A DNA stretch of 64,000 bases, from NCBI GenBank assembly GCA_964187785.1, contig OZ076409.1:3288001-3352000 (forward strand). The letters are read 5' to 3'. The first letter of the stretch is position 1; each line of letters begins with the position of its first letter. The notes beneath the pieces were generated by a model. The model saw only the letters and a program-made list of their open reading frames with translations, had not been told where the DNA came from and did not search any database. A program made the translations under genes and the position numbers. Shown here in pieces: positions 12,327-24,763 of this stretch. The stretch is from Amphiscolops sp. MND2022. Its lineage: Eukaryota.

Positions 12327-13193
12327 TTTTTAGTCGGCGCTTTATCCTTTTAAGGAAAAATGCCCGACTATAGCAGTGACCTTTTTTCTTCAGACTACAA
12401 TCCTCACACTGATCGGTCCAATTTTTAGAAACAATCCTGAAACCACCTAAGGCGCCAAGTCCGGCCAAAGGGCCAAGGCAAACTTAGTGCAAAGGGTCCC
12501 CCCTTTCGTTTTTTACTTTTTCAAGGTAACCTACAAAACCGGACGGGACTAAAGAGTCCCCCTTTCGTTTTTCGGCACTGTGCGACTTTTTCGAATTTTT
12601 TTCTGTCTCCAAAGGGTCCCTCCTTTTATTTTTTACTTTTTTAACGTAACCTACAAAACCGGCCGGGACTAAAGGGTCCCCCCTTTTGATTTTTTTCGGC
12701 ACTGTGCGACTTTTTTTTCGAAAATTTTTTAATGTCTTAAGGGTCCCACTTTGAGTTTTTTGTTATTTTGCAACAGAATGCATGTTTATAAGTCAGAAAC
12801 GGTCCAACCTTTTACATTTTTCGGCACTGTGCGACTTTTTCGAAGTTTTTTCTGTCTCCAAAGGGTCCCTCCTTTCATTTTTTACTTTTTTTAACGTAAC
12901 CTACAAAACCGGCCGGGACTAAAGGGTTCCCCCTTTTGATTTTTTTCGGCACTGTGCGACTTTTTTTCGAAATTTTTTTTATGTCTTAAGGGTCCCACTT
13001 TGAGTTTTTCGTTATTTTGCAACAGAATGCATGTCTATAAGTCAAAAACGGTCCAACCTTTTACATTTTTCGGCACTGTGCGACATTGTCGGAAAGAGAT
13101 AAATTTTCGAAAATTTCAAGTTTTTTTCCAAAAAATGTTTTGCGCTTTTTGAGCTTTAGATATAGCGCCGACTTTAGACGTTCTCGTCTTGTT
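12327..13193 (+). mobile_element. HINE-A copy with an internal ~250-bp tandem duplication
   Basis: Same termini as above; the core block starting at ~12576 is repeated at ~12826. Confidence 0.8.
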
Positions 13194-13859
13194 TTGATAA
13201 CATTAGTTAGGAAAACTCGATTTTCGATCCAAAAGATTGACCATTTGGATGATTTCAGCATTGTGAACGTGTCCTTCCGGCACTGTACGAACATTGTGTC
13301 CAAAGCAACGATACGTTATTTTCTGCATTGAGTGCTTTTATGAACTTTTATGAGAAGTTCTCGCTGTGTTTTTCTGATGAGTTCCACTGCGTGTACGTAA
13401 TAAATTTTATAGCTTTTCATGGCTGTAAAGGTAGAAAAAAACTACAGGGCCCCCTCTAGTTTTTCGGCACTGTGCGACATTTCCAAAAAAACTTCAAAAC
13501 TTCATCACTTGAGGAAAATAGTGATTTCCGGTTAATATTCCGTAGCGTGGAACCGATAAGAGTCGTGAAAACTCTTGAGCATATTTGCTTTGACATTGAT
13601 TTAATTGGTACGTTTTGGCTTCTTCATGAATAATTACAATTAATTAAGGCTGTTTTATTCAATACCAACTATTATGATGAAATAATAGCTCAACCGAATT
13701 AAGACGAAATAGTCAAAAAATTAGTTAAGGTCGAAATTGCGAACGGTTGAAAATGCAATAGGTTGAAATTGCGAGCGGTTGAAATAGCAACGGTTGAAAT
13801 TGCATAGGACGAAATGTCATGTAACCAGCAACGAGAACGAGATGTTGTCAAGACAAGAC

Positions 13860-13891
13860 CTGGTTCGGACAACCGAGAAGTGAGGGACCAC
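13860..13891 (-). CDS. RIMS: Candidate 32-nt RIM microexon (GGPSLLGCPNQ)
   Basis: cccccctttag|GT GGT CCC ... AAC CAG|gtcttg; phase 1 to 0, which is exactly the change needed between exon 16059-16421 and the PDZ exon. Lies in a small transposon-free island. Confidence 0.5.
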
Positions 13892-14012
13892 CTAAAGGGG
13901 GGGCTAACCGGATGCAGATATATGGGGGATGGGGGATACATAACATGTACAGAGTGACGTTCTAAAATCAGACAACTTCATTGCTCGAAATAGCAGCATT
14001 CAAATCTAGATA

Positions 14013-14185
14013 CAGTCAACTCCGGTCAATTCGTATCCGGATAATTCGGATCTTCGTCTAACTCGTACGTATCTGAGACCCTCTTTTCGTGACGACCAAA
14101 GTAATTTTCTCGGTTAATTTGTATTTGTCACTATTCGTACCGTTATATTCGGTCCCTAGCGATACGAATTGAGCGGAATAAACTA
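14013..14185. mobile_element. Tc1/pogo-like MITE (second copy at 52207-52378, inserted in a HINE-A terminus)
   Basis: TA|CAGTCAACTCCG termini with TA duplication; TACGAATT internal repeats. Confidence 0.75.
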
Positions 14186-14246
14186 TAATAATAACAACAA
14201 TGATAAAGGACGGGAACGTATTTTACATGATCGAAGAAACTCAATG

Positions 14247-14402
14247 TAACGTTCGGATGTAACGTTTTCAAAGTTCGGATATAACGTTTTCAAAGTTCGG
14301 ATATAACGTTTTCAAAGTTTGGATGTAAGGTTTTCAAAATTCGGATATAACGTTTTCAAAGTTCGGATATAACGTTTTCAAAGTTCGGATATAACGTTTT
14401 CA
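14247..14402. repeat. 22-bp minisatellite, ~7 copies
   Basis: (ataacgttttcaaagttcggat)n, just upstream of a HINE-A 3' end at 14520. Confidence 0.9.
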
Positions 14403-16058
14403 TTTTTCCACAAAACTTTTTTCGATTTCTCCAAAATTTCTTTTTTGATTTTCTCCCAAAATTGCAAATAATTTGTTGAGCCTTAGATATGACGCCGACT
14501 TGGGCTCTTCCCGGCTTGTTGTATTTAAAACATAAGATATTTGAATTCTGTCATTCGGAATTCAGAGCAATGGAGTGTTGCGTTATTTGAGAACGCCACT
14601 GTATCTGCAGCACTAACAAACACGCGCATGACATTCTAGTCTAAAAACTGAAACACTAAAACTGGAACTAAAAAGAAAAGGTTGATGGTTGAACAACGGC
14701 TACTAGATGGCAATGCATGATGCATGTGTTTACCCAAGAGCGGCTACTGGCAGACGAATAGCCCAGGTTAAAGTCATCCCATGGGTCGAAGCCTTGGTCA
14801 ATAGAGCAGCGAGTTAGTTAGTGGCACGTTAGAATCAAAATGATCATAATCGCAACACATTAGAATGGATAGTGGAATATCACCAACCAGCCAACTTAAC
14901 TTGTTCCCAAACAAACAGGTGTTCGGAAATTGAGGTGACACTTTCTTTTGAAGAAACTAAGGCTTCTATTGGAAAACCGCTTCCAAACACTTTCAAAACC
15001 CAGACATTGAAGACAAAATACATATTTAGCATGGGACTTTTTTCACGAAAAAATTCAAATTTCTATGTTGAACGGCCACTTTTCAGCCGCAAAATTTGAA
15101 AGTTTTGAACTTCCACGACAATGAAGAAAAGCAAATTATTCTACGTTCTGGGAAATTGGAATCACGACAGATTCTGAGAGACTTTTGCATATTCGGACGT
15201 AAAACAAAATGAAAACGTCTAGATTTTGTATGTATCAAGAAAAAGTTGCTGGAAAATGGGGTAATGAAGAAAAAACACAATTTACGCAAGCCATAGACTC
15301 TTGATGTGTAATTAATTATCTGGTATAACTTGTATCAGTAGTTCTGCGAAGTTTCAGAACTTTCCGTTTGACAGAAAAAAACTGTGGCCTTGCTTTTTGT
15401 CACCTTAATCTCTGAACACCGTGTACATATATATCAAAATTGAGATGGATTACTTTTTGCTTTAGACTTTCATACTATAGGAGCACAATTCAAGTGAAAC
15501 GAGCGCAATTGGGCAACCTCCTACGTGACCCAACTGATGAATCAGCCGAAATGATGCAGCAAAAATTATCCAAAATTGAAGTGAACTTTGCTCAGCCGAG
15601 CATAGTGTGACCATGACGTAATATGGTTGGGCTCTTTTCTATCCCCTCACCACCTAAATTTTTGAAAGTAAATTTCCTTAAAAATGTCAGACTAGCCTAA
15701 TTAAAAGCAAAACCGTCTTTCATAACAGGAAGTTAACGTCTATCAGAATAGTTTTTTGTTTGAACAAAACAATTTTCACACATCTTGACTATAATTACCT
15801 TCTTATTCACTGTTTTTGTCACTCAAAACAGGAAGCGGTTCGTGTCTTCATAAGAATGCATGTCTTCATACGCAAAAATAGTGGTAACAAGGTTTGTATC
15901 TCAGTTCCAAACGTCACCTTGAAAATGAATTTAAAATTGTACATTTCTGGTTTGTGTTTCAAGTCTTTTTGTTATAATTGTTTCATGTTCCAGCAAACTT
16001 TTCGTGGTGGAAGGGAAACAGAAAAGAGCCTATGTTGTTTTAATGACGACATACATAC

Positions 16059-16421
16059 CTGCTCCGCCCCCTCGGTCGCTGATGAGACTCTCAGACTCGA
16101 ATCCGTCCCAGCTGGTGAGGTCCGAGGTGGAGCGAATGTCCTCTTCGCTACTGCTGAAGGACCTGCCGCCCCCCGCACCCAACAAGTCCAGACCCCCCCG
16201 AGGGTGAGTTGGGGGGCTCCGGTGTCGGGAGGTGGTCCTGCAGGGGGCTCCTGCACCCAGGTGGTTCTGGTCACGTGGGTGGTGGTCTCGGGGGGCTTCG
16301 CGGGCGTAGGGGTCGTCGTGATAAGAGTGGTGGCCGACCCCCCCAGCTAATGCGTCGTCCGGGTGCTGCCCGAGGTCCGAGTAGTGCAAAGAGCCCGCTG
16401 AGGTCTTGTACATGGGCACAC
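16059..16421 (-). CDS. RIMS: RIM-like exon with the SFSSSEEDIRSTSDLTSWDGFESES motif
   Basis: gttatcag|GT GTG CCC ... GCA G|gtatgt; 363 nt, phase 1 to 1. The motif parallels the conserved pre-PDZ 'SSSEEE..ST..YTS....ESES' stretch of RIM proteins (from memory). Confidence 0.85.
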
Positions 16422-16646
16422 CTGATAACATGAAAAGTTGAAATCAATTGTATGATACACTGAAGAAGAGACTAAAGAAATATTTTACTCAATATAGCCA
16501 AAAATGTTGAATTGAATATCGGCTTAAATTAATTGTTAATAATTAATTTACAATAATTGTCATTATTACATTAAATTTTAATTTTTACACTGACCTCGTA
16601 AATGTGAAATCTTTTGTATTTTATCATAATGTGAGGAAATTCAGTG

Positions 16647-17137
16647 TTTTTCGTCGGCGCTTTATCCTTTCAAGGAAAAATGCCCGACTATAGCAGTGAC
16701 CTTATTTTTCTTCAGACTACAATCCTCACACTGATCGGTCCACTTTTTAGAAAAAATCCTGAAACAACCTAAGGCCAAGTCCGGCCAAGGCAAACTTAGT
16801 CCAAAGGTTCCCATTTTTCATTTTTTTACTTTCAAGATAACCTACAAAACCGGACGGGACTAAAAGAGTCCCCCTTTTCGTTTTTCGATTTTTTTTCGGC
16901 ACTGTGCGACTTTTTTTCGAAAAAAATTTAATGTCTCAAATGGTCCCCCTTCGAGTTTTTTCATATTTTGCAACTGAATGTATCTTAATAAATCCCAAAG
17001 GGTCCCCCTTTTACATTTTTCGGCACTATGCGACATTTTCCGAAAGAAGAAAAATTTCAAGTTTTTCTTTCAAAAAAAATGTTTTGCGCTTTTTGAACCT
17101 TAGATATAGCGCCGACTTTAGACATTCTCGTCTTGTT
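16647..17137 (+). mobile_element. HINE-A full copy
   Basis: ttttcgtcggcgct..gcccgact ... agcgccgactttagacattctcgtcttgtt. Confidence 0.8.
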
Positions 17138-17399
17138 TTTTCACCTGGAAAGAACTTGACTGCTGAAACGACAGCCTGTGAACTTTTATTGGAATAAGAC
17201 GGGAACGGCATAAGTCGGTGTCCCTCTTGGTCTCAAAAAGAGGAAACAGTACTTCGAAGCGTCAAGGATTCTCTTTTGAAAACATTTTCAATTGCACAGT
17301 ACCAATAAAACCCAAAGGGGGGACGCTTTGAAGTTAAAAAAGGCTTTTTGCTTTTATTCTCACTTTGTTTTTGAATAACCATGCGTTGCTCTGTTTTCT

Positions 17400-18794
17400 T
17401 TGGGCATTGTGAGACTTTTCGAAAAAAATTCCCCAAGGAATGATCCCCTTTGATTTTTTTTGGAGTTTTGCGACACAATGAATGTTGAGTTTTTTTCGGC
17501 ATTGTGAGACTTTTTTTTCGAAAATTTAATCCCCAAAGGGTCTCATTTCAATTTTTTTGATACTTTGCGAGAAATGTTGAAAAATCCAAAAGGGCCCCCT
17601 TTTAGCGCGCCAATTCGGTCCAAAGTTTGGGTTTTCCGGGTACTGTAAAAGAATACTTGACACTTGAAGTTCTGTTGCTATTTTTGAGCCTTAGATATAG
17701 CCTCGACTTTAGACGTTCCGGCTTGTTTTTAGTCGGCGCTTTTATTAATAAAAGAGCCCGACTATTACAGTCACTCGTTTTTTTTTCTTTTTTTGAGACA
17801 GACTCGAAGCGACGAACGTTAACGTTCAACAAAAGGAATACCAGGGAAACACATCTAAGTTATTCCAAAGGGCCCCCTTTGGTTTTTTACTTTTTAAACG
17901 TAACCTACAAAACCGGACGGGACTAAAGGGTCCCCTTTCGATTTTTTTTCGGCACTGTGCGACTTTTTTTCGATTTTGTCTCCAAAGGGTCCCCCTATGG
18001 TTTTTTACTTATTAAACGTAGCCTACAAAGCCAGACGAGTGTAAAGGATCCCCCTTTCGTTTTTTTTCGGCAATGTGAGACTTTTTTGGAAATTTTTTGT
18101 TTCCAAAGAGTCCCCCCTTTGGTTTTTTTACTTTTTAAACGTAGCCTACAAAACCGGATAAGTGTAAAGGGTCCCCCTTTCGTTTTTTTCGGCACTGTGC
18201 GACTTTTTCTCGAATTTTTTTTGTCTCCAAAGGGTCCCTTCGATTTTATTTGAGCCTTAGATATAACGCCGACTTTAGACGTTCCCGGCTTGTTTTTTAG
18301 TCGGCGCTTTTCTAGGGAAAAGTGCCCGACACTTACAGTTGCTAGTTTTTTTCTTTTTTTTTTCGTCAGACTACAATCTCACTCTGATTGGGCCACTTTT
18401 CTTGCAATCGAAACTACTAAAACTACTACCATAAGGCCAAGTCCGGTCAGCGGAAATTAGTGCAAAAGGGTCCCCCTTTCACTTTTTACTATTTTAACGT
18501 AACCTACAAAACCGGACGAGACTAAAGGTCCCCCCTTTCGATTTTTTTTCGGCATTGTGCGACTTTTTTCGAAAATTTTTTATTGTCTCAAAAGAGTCCC
18601 CTTTTCGAGGTTTTTGATATTTTGCAACAGAATATATGTTAATGAAGCCCAAAGGGTCCCCCCTTTTACATTTTTCGGCACTATGCGAGATTTTCTAAAA
18701 GAAAAAAATTCAAAATTTTCATTTTTTTTTCAAAAGTCTTTTGCGCTTTTTGAGCCTTAGATTTGGCGTCGACTTATGCCGTTCCCGTCTTGTT
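17400..18794 (+). mobile_element. Head-to-tail array of three HINE-A units (first one partial)
   Basis: Junctions cttgttttt|agtcggcgct at ~17727 and ~18294; the last unit ends cgtcttgtt at 18794. Confidence 0.8.
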
Positions 18795-18804
18795 CTATTC
18801 TAAC

Positions 18805-19004
18805 CTGAATCATTGGGGACAGAGAACTCGGAGCCGATGGAGTCCATCTTGTGCATGCTTCCTGCCGAGTGTCTCTTGTCGCCTGAGTGGTGCTGCTGTT
18901 GATGTGGTTGCTGTGAGGAGGGTTCTCTCCCGCCCAAGTGTTCTCTCTGCCGACGCTGCTTCTCCAGAGAGTCTCGGCTGCTGCTCGTTCTGTTCGACTC
19001 GGAC
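18805..19004 (-). CDS. RIMS: RIM-like exon (MDSIGSEFS region)
   Basis: gcaatag|G TCC GAG ... TCA G|gttaga; 200 nt, phase 2 to 1. Confidence 0.8.
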
Positions 19005-19057
19005 CTATTGCACAACCACACACTTACACGCTTCTAACCCTAACTAAGACCACTAAC

Positions 19058-19401
19058 TAGAGGTGCACCGGACAAGTCCGGTCCGGTATCCAGCCGGACT
19101 TTTTACAATGCCCGGCCGGATATTATTTGAAAATAATAATCTTGAATAATCGGAATGTCTAACTGTATGTGCATCGAAAAATTGAATTTTTTCTGTGATT
19201 GTGAATCAAAATTCATTAAATTATGGCGGAGGGAAAATAGGTGGTAAAAGCATGCTTCGTATTCCGTAATCCTCATTTCCCAATTCTGAAAACAGCAGCA
19301 CTTCATCGCTTATAATTTGCGGATAATATCCGGTCCGGTCGGTATTCGGCTTCAATCAATCATGTCCGGTTGTCCGACTGGACGGAAATTTTCTACCTCT
19401 A
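19058..19401. mobile_element. hAT-like MITE (TCCGG subterminal repeats)
   Basis: TIR tagaggt / acctcta; TSD ccactaac/tcactaac. Confidence 0.75.
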
Positions 19402-20245
19402 TCACTAACTCTCAAAACCCCAGGCATCATATTGCTTTAATAGTTTTGGTTGTGCGACAATTCGTCCGAACCGACAATTCGTCCCATATTCCAAAAAGCG
19501 ACAATTCGTCCCAAGCGACAATTCGTCCCAAGCGACAGTTCGTCCCATTTTGAAAAGGCGACAATTCGTCGCATTCGTAAAAAGCGACAATTCGTCCAAA
19601 TTATTTAATTGATCAGCTATTTAACCTCATATCATTTCATAATTCACCCCAAATAATTTTACCCATTTATTTCACCCCACGCTCATATTACCCCACGTTT
19701 TAATTATTAAATGCGTTTCAGAATAATGACTACTCTCACGCAATTTCAGGCGTAGCGCCAAAAGAAAAAGCGTCTTGAATGTAATAACTATCTAAATGCA
19801 ATATTTCTTGATCCATTTTTACAAAGGTATTAATTGGCAATTAAATTGGGGACGAATTGCAGCTTTTAATAATCGGAACGAATTGTCGCCTTTTCAAAAT
19901 GGGACGAATCGCCGCTCTGGACAAATTGTCGCTTCACGAACAGTTTTTTGTTCGAGGTAATGTCAACTTTGCTTCGTTACTTGTCTAGAACACATCGTCC
20001 GCTAAGAACCGACAGACATACTAGGGTCTTGTAAAAAGGAAGCTGAATAGTAAAATGTCTCATTTCAGAAACTGGAGCATATTGTTGTATGTCAATTGAT
20101 GTAAGAGAAGTTTCACCGAGGAAGTGTATATATTCTCATCTCCGTTTATAACGATTCCGTTTATAACGATATTCCGGTAATAGCGATAGTGTTTCACGGT
20201 CCCGGCCACGATGTTAGTATATAACTATTTTCGCCTATAACGATT

Positions 20246-20738
20246 AACAAGACGGGAACGTCTCAAGTCGGCGCTATATCTAAGGCTCAAAAAGCGCAAA
20301 ACATTTTTCTGGAAAAAAACTTGAAATTTTCGGGAAAAAAATTTCTTTCGGAAAATGTCGCAGAGTGCCGAAAAAAGTAAAAGGGGGGACCCTTTTTGAT
20401 TTATAAACACGCATTCTGTAGCAAAATAACAAAAAACTCAAAGGGGGACCCTTTGGGGACATTAAAAAAATTTCGAAAAAAAGTCTCACAGTGCCGAAAA
20501 AAATCGAAAGGGGGGGGTTAACTTTAGTCCCGTCTGGGCTTGTAGGTAACGTTTAAAAAGTAAATGAATGTGCTCCCCGTTTGCCTTTAGCGGTCCAGTA
20601 GTTTAGTACTGTATTTAGTAGTTGAACGTTAATTTTAACGTTCGTCTCTTCGAGTCTGTCTTAAATAAAAAAAAAAGAAAAAAAACGAGCGACTGTAATA
20701 GTCGGGCTCTTTTCTTAAGAAAAGCGCCGACTAAAAAA
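20246..20738 (-). mobile_element. HINE-A copy inserted into a Tc1/pogo-like MITE (~20130-20775)
   Basis: Complete termini. The flanks (ctccgtttataacgat ... atcgttataagcggag) are inverted repeats of each other. Confidence 0.75.
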
Positions 20739-21041
20739 CGCCGGTCCCCGGGCAATCGTTATAAGCGGAGTTGAGTAGTGTTTAGAAGCGAGACAAAAAA
20801 CATAGGCAACTCTTGACATGAAGGACCCACGATAATCATTCCCAACACAGGAATTTTGAAAGTCAAACAAACGTCGAACAAAATATATTAAATTTCCCAT
20901 TTTTCTTGTTGCGCAATTGGTAATTTTATCGTGTTCCAAAAGTTTACCATTGCGCATATACCATTCTGGCAATATTGCAGAAGATTGCCATGTTAGAATT
21001 TGCTAACAAGAAGCAATAAAGACAGTAGTAAGAAGTGTTTG

Positions 21042-21391
21042 GAACAAGATGCACGCTAAGCACCGGAATATTTTCAGCGACACGCTTATTGCAAAAAGTA
21101 TGGCGAAGGAGAGGTTCGAACCCACGACCTACTGGCTAGGAAACAAAAAAATTCAAGCACCAGCCCGGGTTCGAACCTACAACCTGACTGAGCCACCATA
21201 ATTGAAGTAACTCAGTTGTAACAATCGCTAGTGAACTAGTAAAATAGTCAAGTAACTAAAAATAGTCAAGTAACTAAGTGACGTGCACTTCACTCCATGG
21301 AGTGGAGATAAAGTGGAGTTTTGGCAGAATTAGTAAAAAAACGCATCACAGATCATGATTTTTCTCCCCCATTTATGTGGGCGGAAAATAA
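21042..21391 (-). mobile_element. HINE-B family copy with tRNA-like cargo (others at 26281-26640 and ~56597-56793)
   Basis: On the minus strand: 5' ttattttccgcccac..ggggagaaaa inverted repeat; 3' gaaaatatt.cggtgcttagcg.gc.tcttgtt. The block aagtggagttttggcagaat is shared among the three copies. Confidence 0.6.
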
Positions 21392-21413
21392 CGAGAAGGA
21401 AAAAGTCGTCTAC

Positions 21414-21624
21414 CTGTATCCACTGTCGGGCAAGTCGGGGTCCCTGGGAGCACTTCCTCCCCCGAGCGAGTACCTGCCAGAGGGAGACCTGCGATGGTGG
21501 GGGGCGTGGCCGTGGGAAGAGGAGTAGGGAGGGCCTCCGTCTTCGGGCGGCCGCGGGGGACTTCTTCGAGGGGGTGCCAGGTTGCCGCTACTGTTGGAGA
21601 TACCACGCGACGACCTCGCAGAAC
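21414..21624 (-). CDS. RIMS: RIM-like exon (S/P/R-rich)
   Basis: tttgacag|GT TCT GCG ... TAC AG|gtagac; 211 nt, phase 1 to 2. Confidence 0.8.
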
Positions 21625-22478
21625 CTGTCAAAGTCATTGGACTATTGGTTATCTACGTTCTAACAGCATACACGCCACAAACTTGGCTCTACAAATTGAA
21701 TTGAAAAAAGTGTTCAGAATAGAGACCTTTCGAATCAGGTTTCACTCCGCTATACACAATTTCAGTGAATTAATGGCCGCAACTGGTTCCAAATAGTCGT
21801 AATCAATAAAATGTCCAAAAATGTTTTTTTTTCAGATTAAGAATTTCAAATTTAGACTGAGAGTCGGGCATTTTTGTCTCAAAAAAGTCGCACAGTGCCG
21901 AAAAATCCAAAAAGAGACCCTTTAGGCTCGCAAAACGCTTTTTTGAACCGAAAAATGTTGAACAAGAAATGGAATGCCTTTTGATCATATGATTTTTTTA
22001 AAGTCGCACAGTGATATGGGGGCAAATGAGTGACTGAAAATTTTTCAAAAATATTTTTCCAACTTTGTGAAAATCAAGAAAAAGTTCAAATTTGATGAAA
22101 TTTTGTCAAAATTTACAATTTCTAACAGAAATTTCAAACAAACATTTTTGTAAACTAGATAAAATTCTAAGCTCGCAAGTTTTTGTATTCGTGACAGTTT
22201 ACGAGATATTTGTTTTTGAATTTTGCCATTTTATGCAATGAGGTTGCGATATTTTAGAACGCTACTACTGTACTGTTAGTTCCTACTGTACTGTGTATAT
22301 GGGGGGTGTAATTGGGTAACAGAGGCTAGCTGAGTAGATGTGGATTGTGTTGTGTTGAGCAGCGGAGATATTAATTTTATAAAATTTTTATTCAAAGTTT
22401 TGAAAATTTGCAAAAACGCCCAGGTCAATTAGGGTTAAAAAATAACAAGGAGCTTTTGTTTTCTGTAAACGTGCTAAC

Positions 22479-22749
22479 CTGTTCTGCTGTGAGAGAAAGA
22501 GGAGGAAGTGATAGATCTGCGGGGTGGTGGGGGCTGTTGGCCGGCGACTGCCGCTGCGGAGCCCCCCTTCAAGGGGTGAGGGGGGTTTGATGATCGCGGA
22601 GGAGGCAACGGCGGAGGGGGTTGGGCGTTCTCCCCCACACCCATGGAAGACAGCAGGCCGGCGCCACTGCCCCCGAGGAGGCCAGCAGCAGATACATTGT
22701 TAGAATCCGGCGGCCCGGGCAATCTCGTATTGCTGCTATTCGCGGAAAC
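22479..22749 (-). CDS. RIMS: RIM-like exon (Pro-rich, PPPPLPPPR)
   Basis: ttggtttgcag|GTT TCC GCG ... ACA G|gttagc; 271 nt, phase 0 to 1. Confidence 0.8.
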
Positions 22750-22839
22750 CTGCAAACCAAAAACAACTCAATGACGTCACTACAAGAAGCCAGTGCCGCC
22801 ACCTTATCTTCTCATTTAGAACAGGGCGGATTTGACCGT

Positions 22840-23001
22840 AAAGCGACAATTCCTCACAAATTCCAAAAAGCGACAATTACTCACAAATTCCAAAAAGCGA
22901 CAATTACTCACAAATTCCAAAAAGCGACAATTACTCACAAATTCCAAAAAGCGACAATTACTCACAAATTCCAAAAAGCGACAATTCCTCACAAATTCCA
23001 A
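22840..23001. repeat. 27-bp minisatellite, 6 copies
   Basis: (aaagcgacaattactcacaaattccaa)6 inside a Mutator-like arm. Confidence 0.95.
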
Positions 23002-23816
23002 AAAGCACACAATTCGTTCCAAGCGTCAATTCGTTCCATTTTGAAAACGCGACAATTCGTCCCAATTATCAAAAGCTACAATTCGTCCCCAATTTAACTA
23101 CCAATAGAATACCTCTTGTAATAATGTGTCCGGAATATTACATTTAGAGGTGGGTACCAGCAATTAACACCAATCAACAGGGCGTAAAAAATGTGAATTA
23201 TTGCCTAAATGTGATCATTTGTAATTTATTTGTTCATTTCTTTGGTTTTAATCTTCAAAAGGTTGTTAATTATCTAATCAACTAAATTTGGGACGAATTG
23301 TCACCCATCGGAATTGACCTTTAGGTCTTGAGCGTAAAGTCTGTAAAAACGAGTCTTTCATTGTGAGCTCTGTGGTCTGATGTTTTTAGGGCCCCACAAT
23401 AACAGTCAAAACTCTTTAGTAATGGCCATCCAAGAACAATTTGCATAGGCTAAAACCTGCACTTATACGTTTCCGGTACTAAATACCGAATCTAGCAAAT
23501 GCTGAAAAATATATTTACTGCCATAAAAAAACAATTTTCTTCCGGACATTCGCAAATAAATCACTTGAATTCAATAGCAATATATTGAACAGGGCTATTT
23601 GATTATTGCCCGTGTGGGCTGTGCCTTCGTTTCAGCTATTTGTTCCTTCGTTTTTTCACCACTCTAAGACATTGAACTTTTTGCTGTTTTCCCTATTTTG
23701 ACCCCTGTCTACAAGCCTTATGCTGTCGGTTTGTCAAAAATACCCAAGGGCCCAATAACAAAAAAACGAACCCGAAAATTCCTTACATAAGCCGCCGAAC
23801 TTAGTTTTTTGTTGTC

Positions 23817-24340
23817 TTTTTAGTCGGCGTTTTCGAAGAAAATCCCGACTCTTACAGTGGCTAGTTTTTTTTTCGTCAGTTCAACGCGTAACGTCCACTT
23901 TTTGTGCATTAATGCACATTTACCAACTTTTACCATATGTACTTAGTTCTTCATTTTCAACGCATCCAAAGCCTCTAACATGAGATAAAAAGCCATTCCA
24001 AAGCAGAAGGGTCCACTTTTTTCGACACTATGAGACTTTCCTCCTTTTTTCGGCACTGTGAGACTGATTTTTTCAGAATTTTTTTATTGTTCCTCTCATC
24101 AATTTTTGATATTTTGCAACAGAATGGATGTTCAAAAATCCCAAAGCGTCCCCCCTTTTACATTTTTCGGCACTATGCGACTTACCGGAAACTTCAAAAA
24201 AAATCCGAAAAAAAATTCGGAAATTTTTTTCTCAATTTTTAGTTTTTTGAGAGCTTTTGTTGTCTCCAGTTGTAGAAAAAGTGGTTTTCGTCTTTTCGAG
24301 CCTTAGATATGGCGCCGACTTGGGCCGTTCCCGGCTTGTT
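23817..24340 (+). mobile_element. HINE-A full copy (GGCCG-TTCC-CGGCT hairpin variant)
   Basis: tttttagtcggcg..cccgact ... ggcgccgacttgggccgttcccggcttgtt. Confidence 0.8.
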
Positions 24341-24763
24341 AGTAGTTCCGATCTATATCTTGTCACCTCTGTTGAAGAGAAAATCTTTCATATAAATTTT
24401 TAGCACCTCGTTTTTTGATACACAGGAACACTAGTCGTACATGCTAGTGCGCAAAATATATCACGAAACGGTTTTTTGTCTTCATCGTAAGTAATTCAGT
24501 TAATTTTTCCTCCAGGAAAATTCCACGTCCTACGCAAACTGAACCTCGAAAATGTATTGAAATAGGGGTTGCGTAGTAAGGCATTGTGCCTGTGACTGCC
24601 CCTAGGTAGACAGTCTTATGTTCCAAGACCTTATGTGTATAATTATAGTGATGATTGTGTCAATATAAATGTTACTAAGTATAAAATATTTGTCTACCGG
24701 AAATTCAATTTAATTTATTTTAATTGCGACACTGTGTGGAGGGGGCTGAAACATGAAACACTC

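Noticed and set aside
15534..15572. Hammerhead ribozyme-like CTGATGA...GAAA
   Set aside because: Stem II cannot close and there is no stem I complement.
15760..16350. 196-aa plus-strand ORF
   Set aside because: It is a chimera of MITE sequence and the antisense of a GC-rich RIM exon.
22621..23097. ORF with KATITHKFQ repeats; CRISPR-like periodicity
   Set aside because: It is the translation of a 27-bp minisatellite with no unique spacers, inside a TSD-flanked MITE, and there are no cas genes.
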